Source of the DNA: an uncultured Thermoplasmata archaeon
Lineage (GTDB): Archaea > Thermoplasmatota > Thermoplasmata > Halarchaeoplasmatales > Halarchaeoplasmataceae
Direction of reading: 5' to 3'
Assembly (NCBI GenBank): GCA_964433785.1
Contig: CAYSTL010000002.1
Location: forward strand, 2,193 to 66,192
DNA length: 64,000 bases
The translations under genes were made by a program, and so were the position numbers. The notes beneath the pieces were generated by a model. The model saw only the letters and a program-made list of their open reading frames with translations. It was not told where the DNA came from and searched no databases. The first letter of the stretch is position 1; each line of letters opens with the position of its first letter. This document shows, piece after piece, positions 57,850 to 64,000 of this stretch.

Positions 57850-58617
57850 TTATTGATCTTCAGGATTATCCATCGAGGTGTAATCGCACTGAGTGCAGTA
57901 TGCAGAACCATCTGGACTGACCATCAATGATTTTTTACCACACTTTGGACATTTCTGCATTTCATCAGTTTGTGTTTGTCCTGATCTATCATACTGTTTT
58001 GACTGATCATAAGTTTGTTGTCTTTGTTGATCCTGCTGCTGGAATCCCTGCTGCCTGTAACCTTCTTCGTACTGCCTTGAGATCTCACCGTATTCCTCTT
58101 CCTTAACTACGTAAGTGTTGGCTATCCTGTCACCTATCCTCTGCTCGCTATCATGTATCAAATATACATCGACTAACAGGATTATGAAACCTACACAAGG
58201 TATTGACCACAGGAATCTTGCTATATTTCTGATGAAAGAATCCTTCACATCTGCCTTTTCACCGTATTGATTGACTACTTTGAGGTCTAGTAATTTTTTA
58301 CCGATAGTAGCTCCCCCACCTTCACCTGATTCCAGGTATGTGAAGTAAAGGAGCTGGATCATCGCCGTTCCAAAAGTGAGTCCCAGATATACAGGGCCAA
58401 AAAAAGCATATCCTGCAAAATTGGAAGTGTTACCCATCAGAGATCCAAGGGAAATGAATCCAGTGAATATGACTATAGCATATAATGCTCCAGATATCAA
58501 ACCTAAGATGATGGAATCGACTATATACGCTATTATTCTCGAGATTGTACTTCCATAATTTAGCCTAGGGTTTCTACCCATGTTTACATTCTGTTGATAG
58601 TTATAATCCGGTCCCAT
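57850..58617 (-). CDS. RDD-family membrane protein with a Gln-rich linker and a C-terminal zinc ribbon
   Basis: 255 aa. 'RIIAYIVDSIILGLI...' RDD-like 3-TM domain, a poly-Q/QQ-rich segment, and C-terminal 'CPKCG...CTQCD'. Confidence 0.55.
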   Translation of the reverse strand: MGPDYNYQQNVNMGRNPRLNYGSTISRIIAYIVDSIILGLISGALYAIVIFTGFISLGSLMGNTSNFAGYAFFGPVYLGLTFGTAMIQLLYFTYLESGEGGGATIGKKLLDLKVVNQYGEKADVKDSFIRNIARFLWSIPCVGFIILLVDVYLIHDSEQRIGDRIANTYVVKEEEYGEISRQYEEGYRQQGFQQQDQQRQQTYDQSKQYDRSGQTQTDEMQKCPKCGKKSLMVSPDGSAYCTQCDYTSMDNPEDQ

Positions 58618-58728
58618 TCATTGCACCTCCGCCGTTAATGATAGAAGAACCTTATATACTTTTACAAAATTAAATTCAGTTGGCTCTTTTTGTATATATG
58701 AAAGAAATAAGAGAAAAAAGGTTTTAAT

Positions 58729-59544
58729 TTACTGTGAATCCACAGTAGCAAGCATGGTACAGGCCCTGAAGACCTTGTAATTTGTTTCGTAATCACCAGT
58801 ATCTATTATGAATTCTTTAGGACCTTTTCTTTCGACGGAAGGTAGAAGTTCTAGATTGTCTAGTTTTCCAGCATCTTTGAACCACACGTGATAATACTCT
58901 TCTTCTGGTCGTATTATCTTACCTTCTTCGTTTTCTATGGCATCTTTTACTCTATTCTTTATCTCCTTCCTTACGACCTTTGGGTGTTTACATTTTGCAC
59001 TGTATCTTCCTGTTGACCATTTTGTGGTAACATGCGGGATGTCAGGATAAAGTTCCTGCGCCTCTCTCAGTATCTCCTGATCGCCGGCTAAGAAAAATAC
59101 AGGTACATCATACTGTGCGGCTAAGAATGAGTTCATCGCGAATTCACTAGCCATCTGTTCACCTATCATAACCTTGTCTACTACCGCACCCGAATAAGTG
59201 TGTGATAGGGTTCCTTGACTGTGTGCTGAACTGTGGTAACCTATGTATCCAACCCCTTCTAATTCTTCACTAAGGCCTTCCATCTGAGAGAGCAGTTTGG
59301 GTCTTCCGCTGAAAAGATTTACTCTCTCATCCAGATCCTCTATCTTTATATTCCTCATCTTCCCATGGCCATCGGTGATGTAAACATCATCAGCACCGGC
59401 CTCAAAGGCACCTACTGCTGCAGAGTTCGCTTCTTTTGTCATCAGATCTTGAGCCCTCTCATATTCTTTAGAGTCCATCGCACCTTGATTGACTGCTACT
59501 ACTCCTGATATCCCCTCGATATCTACCGAAAATAAATACGTCAT
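58729..59544 (-). CDS. M55-family D-aminopeptidase (DppA-like)
   Basis: 271 aa. 'MTYLFSVDIEGISGVV...' start and 'YITDGHGKMRN' match the DppA/M55 pattern (DIEGxxGV...DSHGxMxN). Confidence 0.65.
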   Translation of the reverse strand: MTYLFSVDIEGISGVVAVNQGAMDSKEYERAQDLMTKEANSAAVGAFEAGADDVYITDGHGKMRNIKIEDLDERVNLFSGRPKLLSQMEGLSEELEGVGYIGYHSSAHSQGTLSHTYSGAVVDKVMIGEQMASEFAMNSFLAAQYDVPVFFLAGDQEILREAQELYPDIPHVTTKWSTGRYSAKCKHPKVVRKEIKNRVKDAIENEEGKIIRPEEEYYHVWFKDAGKLDNLELLPSVERKGPKEFIIDTGDYETNYKVFRACTMLATVDSQ

Positions 59545-59559
59545 TTTTTTACACCTAGA

Positions 59560-60402
59560 ATGGCATCTGAAAGCGAGTTAAAGTATTTTCTACCTGATAT
59601 CAATGAAAAAAGTCTTTTAATGCTCCTTGTTTTAAAAGAAATGATAAGGATGATAAGTGATTCAGAGATAGTAAATTATTTAGACGATTATCTGAGGGTG
59701 GACGAGATAGACGATTATGGGACTAACGGGATCCAGATAGATGCACCACCCCCTCTTGATAAGATAGGTTTTACAGTCGATTGTAGAATAGATGTAGTGA
59801 ATAGGGCTGTGCAGGAAGATATCGATATCCTGTTTTGTCATCATGGACTCATCTGGGGTGGATTGAGCAGAGTCACTGAAAGCAACTACGACATCATAAA
59901 ACTGCTGATGGATAATGATACCGCATTATATCAGGCTCATCTCCCTCTAGACATCCATCCTGAGGTTGGTAATAATGTTGAGTTGGCAAGATTGATCGGA
60001 GCAAAGGTTAAAGATACATTTTTTGAGAGTAAGGGGGAAGATGTAGCCTTGATGTCAGAACTTCCTGAAGAAAGGTATGTGAGAGATGTAGCCTCGATTC
60101 TATCAGAAAAATTGGATACAGAAACAGTAGCACTCCAGGAAAATGTGAAGGTGAAGAGAGTAGGTATGATGACCGGTAAAGGTGGAGATGCCTTACTAGA
60201 AGCCAAAGAGAGAGGAGCAGATCTATTCATAACAGGTGAGAGAGAACACAGTGTTTATACAGAAGCAGTAAACAACAACATACCGATAATAATGGCAGGT
60301 CATTATGCTACAGAAACTTTAGGTGTTAGAGCACTGAAGGATAAGGTTGAGAAAAAATTCGATATAGATTGTAGATTCATATCTTCAGAAACACCTCTTT
60401 GA
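59560..60402 (+). CDS. Nif3-family dinuclear metal centre protein (GTP cyclohydrolase 1 type 2 homologue)
   Basis: 280 aa. 'LFCHHGLIWGG' and 'YQAHLPLDIHPEVGNNVELARLIG' are characteristic Nif3 metal-site motifs. Confidence 0.75.
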   Translation: MASESELKYFLPDINEKSLLMLLVLKEMIRMISDSEIVNYLDDYLRVDEIDDYGTNGIQIDAPPPLDKIGFTVDCRIDVVNRAVQEDIDILFCHHGLIWGGLSRVTESNYDIIKLLMDNDTALYQAHLPLDIHPEVGNNVELARLIGAKVKDTFFESKGEDVALMSELPEERYVRDVASILSEKLDTETVALQENVKVKRVGMMTGKGGDALLEAKERGADLFITGEREHSVYTEAVNNNIPIIMAGHYATETLGVRALKDKVEKKFDIDCRFISSETPL

Positions 60403-60446
60403 AGAAAAAAGAAATAAAATAAGGGGGTTTTTGTCAAGCAAGTCTA

Positions 60447-60818
60447 TTATTCTATATCATCTGCTAATTCTTTGATCTTATTGAGGTTATCTTCGATCTC
60501 TTCGATCTTCTGCCTTTGTTCCTCTTCGATCTCAGATATGATGTCTTCAAAATCTTTCTTTAAACTGTAAGCGTGAACAGGTCTTCCTTTGCCTTCTTTC
60601 TTTATATCTCTCTTTGTTACCCAACCACGCTCTCTGATTATTTGCATTGCTATAGAAACTTCAGGCTGTCTTAACCTCATCTCACTCTCGATCTCGCGGC
60701 TTTTCGTTTCTTCCTGGCCGGCGATATAAACGAGAGTTTTAGCCACATTCTTCTGTAGACCTGCTTTGATCAGTCTATCAATCAATTCTTCTTCGTTCTT
60801 GGAGATATTTTCGCTCAT
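60447..60818 (-). CDS. Small winged-HTH transcriptional regulator (MarR/TrmB/Lrs14-like)
   Basis: ATG at 60818 is preceded by GGAGAGA at -5 to -11. The ORF-track start at 60878 is upstream. The 'KTLVYIAGQEETKSREIESEMRLRQPEVSIAMQIIRERGWVTKRDIKKEGKGRPVHAYSL' wing contains a GRP motif. Coiled-coil C-terminus. Confidence 0.55.
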   Translation of the reverse strand: MSENISKNEEELIDRLIKAGLQKNVAKTLVYIAGQEETKSREIESEMRLRQPEVSIAMQIIRERGWVTKRDIKKEGKGRPVHAYSLKKDFEDIISEIEEEQRQKIEEIEDNLNKIKELADDIE

Positions 60819-61010
60819 TTTATCTCTCCGATAATTTCGGAAACATAATAGTTTATATATTTTTTGATTAAAAATCATGTTAATTAATTATTATTCGAGT
60901 GAATAAAGATACTAAGAGACGTAAAAATTAGAAAAATAGGGTTGATTAGCGGCTTATAAAACTTTAATATTAAATATTAGAAGGTTGACTAAGTAAGAAA
61001 AATAGCAGAA

Positions 61011-62462
61011 GTGATTGATATGAATATAGAAACAGGTCTTAGCTTTGATGATATTTTATTGGTTCCTAGTAAGACGGATTTGATGAGAGAGGATGTTGAT
61101 ACTTCAAGTCAACTTACTCAGAATATTAAATTGAAAGCTCCAATTCTCAGTTCGCCGATGGATAAAGTGACAGGGAGTGAGATGGCCATCGCCATGGCTA
61201 GAGAGGGTGGTTTAGGTATAATCCATAGAAATCTAGATATAGGTCAGCAGGTCGATATGGTCAAGAAGGTCAAAAAGTCAGAGAACTGGATAATCAGAAA
61301 TCCAGAGACTATATCTCCTGATATATTGGCTGAGAAAGCTAAACGGATAATGGATGAAGAGAATATTTCAGGTCTGCCTGTTGTGAAGGGCGGGAAATTG
61401 ATAGGGATCGTCACGAAGAGAGATCTTCGTTTTGAGACCGAGTTGAGTAAAAAAGTGGAAGAAGTGATGACTTCTGACCTGATAACAGCAGATCCTAACA
61501 CTGAGATCAAAGAAGCCAAAGCGATATTGAACGAGAACAAGATAGAAAAGTTACCATTGGTTGATGATGAAGGTAGATTGAAAGGTTTGATAACTGTCAG
61601 AGATATCGAGAAAAAGAAACATCATCCTCAGGCTACCATGGACGAGAACGGTCAGTTGATGGTAGGAGCATCTGTTGGACCTAGTGAATTCAAAAGGACA
61701 GAAGCATTGGTCGATGCAGGAGTCGACCTGGTCGTAGTAGATACAGCTCATGGTAATTCCAAGAATGTGATCGATGCTACTAGAGATATCAGTGAAAGCT
61801 TTGATGTTGGATTGATGTCCGGTAATGTGGCTACTGAAGATGGAGCAAGATCACTAATCGATGCCGGTGCGGATTCCATCCGTGTAGGTATAGGACCAGG
61901 GTCTATCTGTACTACTCGTATTGTATCTGGTATAGGTGTTCCACAGATAACTGCCATCAGGAATGTGTATGAAGAGGCGCAGGAAGAAGGTGTGACCGTG
62001 GTCGCTGACGGGGGGATCAGGTACAGTGGCGATGCAGCCAAGGCTTTAGCATGTGGTGCCGATGCGATAATGATCGGTAACATGTTAGCTGGTACTGAAG
62101 AGGCTCCTGGAAGGATCGTTTTCAGAGGTGGAAGGAAGTATAAAGAATATAGAGGCATGGCTTCCATATCTGCTCTTGAGAAAAGAGAGAAGAACAGGTA
62201 TAACCAGGACTTCGAGAGTCGAGAAGAATACGTTCCAGAAGGTGTAGAAGGTCTTGTTCCATACAAAGGATCAGTTTCAGAAGTCGTCTATCAGATGATC
62301 GGCGGAATACAGTCCAGCATGGGTCACCTCGGTGCTGAAAATATAAAAGAGATGCGTAAAGCGGAGATCTACAAGATAACTGAAGGTGGAAAGAGAGAGA
62401 GTCATCCACACAATGTTGAGATTACTGAGGATACGCCGAACTATCACGGAAGGAGTGACTAA
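61011..62462 (+). CDS. guaB: Inosine-5'-monophosphate dehydrogenase with inserted CBS pair
   Basis: 483 aa. '[13 protein letters not shown]', catalytic loop '[25 protein letters not shown]', '[17 protein letters not shown]', and two CBS motifs between. Confidence 0.9.
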   Translation: MIDMNIETGLSFDDILLVPSKTDLMREDVDTSSQLTQNIKLKAPILSSPMDKVTGSEMAIAMAREGGLGIIHRNLDIGQQVDMVKKVKKSENWIIRNPETISPDILAEKAKRIMDEENISGLPVVKGGKLIGIVTKRDLRFETELSKKVEEVMTSDLITADPNTEIKEAKAILNENKIEKLPLVDDEGRLKGLITVRDIEKKKHHPQATMDENGQLMVGASVGPSEFKRTEALVDAGVDLVVVDTAHGNSKNVIDATRDISESFDVGLMSGNVATEDGARSLIDAGADSIRVGIGPGSICTTRIVSGIGVPQITAIRNVYEEAQEEGVTVVADGGIRYSGDAAKALACGADAIMIGNMLAGTEEAPGRIVFRGGRKYKEYRGMASISALEKREKNRYNQDFESREEYVPEGVEGLVPYKGSVSEVVYQMIGGIQSSMGHLGAENIKEMRKAEIYKITEGGKRESHPHNVEITEDTPNYHGRSD

Positions 62463-62697
62463 AAAACCTTTTTTCTTTTTTAGTATTTATATATAACTAA
62501 CTAATCTAATATATATAACCATATTTTAAGTACTTCAGAAGATAATATAAAAAGAATAAACATAGTTCCAAAATAGGGTTGGGAAGCCAGATTTAATCTA
62601 ACATGGTCAGATATAATATAAGTATATATACTAGAAATATCTTTATAAAACTTTAAGTAGAATAGCGTTGTTCTAAATTATTTGAGGGAGAGCATAT

Positions 62698-64000
62698 ATG
62701 AAAACAAATCCAAAAAGATTTGATAGATTAAAATATCTAAATTTTTTAGTGATATTTTTGCTAGTGATATCAGTGTTTACAATACCTGTGACCGCGGACC
62801 AAGAACCAAACGACAGTTTTGCTGAGGCGGAAGAGATAACTGAAGGTACGTATGAAGGATCGGTTAATGAGACTGATGAAAATGACTACTATAAAATAGA
62901 ATTGGAGCCTAGTACGAAAATAACTATAACATTTACTAGTTATGCAGAAGATGATCAGGAATTAAAGTTTTACAATCCATCCCAGGAAGAGAAATTCTCG
63001 CTGTACTCAAACGGAGAAATAGAGGAGAGCGATGAATATTATCTTTCATATGAGACAGAGTTAGATTACTGGTATATTAGAATAAACGAGTATTGGTCTG
63101 GTGGTGGAGAGTATACCTTCACAGTAGAATTAGAACTGCAAGATGATGCAGGTTCTGGACACGATGTTGCCGAGAGCTATGGAGATGCTTACGAGATTGG
63201 CACAGGAACAGATGTGAACGGATTTTTAGGAGATCTAGATGAAACAGACATGTATAAGGTTGAATTGGAATCGAGTTCCAAAGTAACGGTATCATTTACC
63301 AGTGTTGCAGAGATGGAACAGGAATTGAAACTTTATAATCCGAATAAAGAACAAATATTTTCGCTATATTCTAGCGGAGAAATAGAGGAGAGCGATGAAT
63401 ATTATCTTTCATATGAGACAGGAGTGGATTATTGGTTTGTCGAAGTAAATAGATATTGGTCAGGTTCTGCTGGTTATCAATTTAGGGTCGATGTAGAATT
63501 ACAAAATGATGCAGGATCGGGTCATGATGTTGCCGAGAGCTATGGAGATGCTTATGAAGTTGGAACAGGGACAGAAGTGAGTGGATTTTTGGGTGATTTA
63601 GATGAGACAGACATGTACAAGATTGAATTTGAACCGAGCTCGATAGTAACAGTATCATTTACCAGTATTGCAGAGATGGAACAGGAATTGAAATTTTTTG
63701 ATCCGAATAAAGAACAAATATTTACGCTATATTCTAGTGGAGAAATAGAAGAGACAGGTGAATACTATCTAGCAAATGAAACAGAGGTTGATTACTGGTT
63801 TGTCCAGGTAAATAGATATTGGTCAGACTATGGTAATTATCAATTTACAGTGAGTGTAGATTACCAAAACGATGCAGGAACCGGAGAGGATGTAGCTTCT
63901 GATGATAGCGAAGCATATGATATAGAAAGTGATACAACCTACGAAGGTTTTCTAAAGGACCTAGATCAGACAGACATGTATAAGATCGAACTGGATCCGA
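62698..64000 (+). CDS. Secreted repeat protein made of tandem PPC (pre-peptidase C-terminal)-like ~121-aa domains; 5' partial, running off the window end
   Basis: ATG at 62698, signal peptide 'LNFLVIFLLVISVFTIPVTA'. Then repeats each beginning 'D(Q/D)(E/A)..(S/D)...AE...A.EI..GT...G.L...DETDMYK(V/I)EL'. It is missing from the ORF track because it has no in-window stop. Confidence 0.7.
   Translation, partial: MKTNPKRFDRLKYLNFLVIFLLVISVFTIPVTADQEPNDSFAEAEEITEGTYEGSVNETDENDYYKIELEPSTKITITFTSYAEDDQELKFYNPSQEEKFSLYSNGEIEESDEYYLSYETELDYWYIRINEYWSGGGEYTFTVELELQDDAGSGHDVAESYGDAYEIGTGTDVNGFLGDLDETDMYKVELESSSKVTVSFTSVAEMEQELKLYNPNKEQIFSLYSSGEIEESDEYYLSYETGVDYWFVEVNRYWSGSAGYQFRVDVELQNDAGSGHDVAESYGDAYEVGTGTEVSGFLGDLDETDMYKIEFEPSSIVTVSFTSIAEMEQELKFFDPNKEQIFTLYSSGEIEETGEYYLANETEVDYWFVQVNRYWSDYGNYQFTVSVDYQNDAGTGEDVASDDSEAYDIESDTTYEGFLKDLDQTDMYKIELDP
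62782..64000 (+). repeat. Tandem direct repeat, period 363 nt, at least 3.4 copies, 80-90% identity between units. Includes a 45-nt perfect repeat at 63013-63057 and 63376-63420.
   Basis: The landmark GATGCAGG recurs at 63145, 63508 and 63871 (spacing exactly 363). Long identical DNA stretches, e.g. GGAGAAATAGAGGAGAGCGATGAATATTATCTTTCATATGAGACA, occur twice. Confidence 0.85.

Noticed and set aside
61748-62266. 172-aa minus-strand ORF and neighbouring 61244..61540, 62122..62409 ORFs
   Set aside because: All are antisense to guaB, which is unambiguous.

Overview
The window is AT-rich (roughly one-third GC) chromosomal DNA from an archaeon. The archaeal signatures are DNA polymerase D large subunit, FEN-1, TBP, archaeal-type TrpRS and ValRS, AglB oligosaccharyltransferase, Dph6, geranylgeranyl reductase and a PGF-CTERM sorting signal. 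A stand-alone 23S rRNA gene (minus strand, about 6.98-9.89 kb) has no 16S or 5S gene beside it, and there is one tRNA-Gly(CCC). About 55 protein genes are densely packed and many are translationally coupled by 1-8 nt overlaps. They include a replication/repair cluster (inactive plus active KaiC/RadB-like pair, fen, polD-DP2), a dispersed glycine-cleavage/C1 set (gcvH, glyA, gcvT, lpd), a TldD/PmbA pair, an iron-type ABC importer with unusual domain fusions, and a 5'-truncated repeat-protein gene at the 3' edge. The most unusual item is a 548-aa protein whose core is a clear bacterial DnaA-type AAA+ module flanked by non-DnaA N- and C-terminal domains (the C-terminus looks like archaeal DUF835). 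Other items worth a second look: a 31-nt GC-rich element present twice, each time just after a stop codon and just before the next transcription unit; TGCA-N6-TGCA palindromes in two iron-related divergent promoter regions; a giant AglB C-terminal extension; and two strongly supported small zinc-ribbon ORFs below the ORF-track cutoff. No CRISPR array, integrase or transposase was seen.
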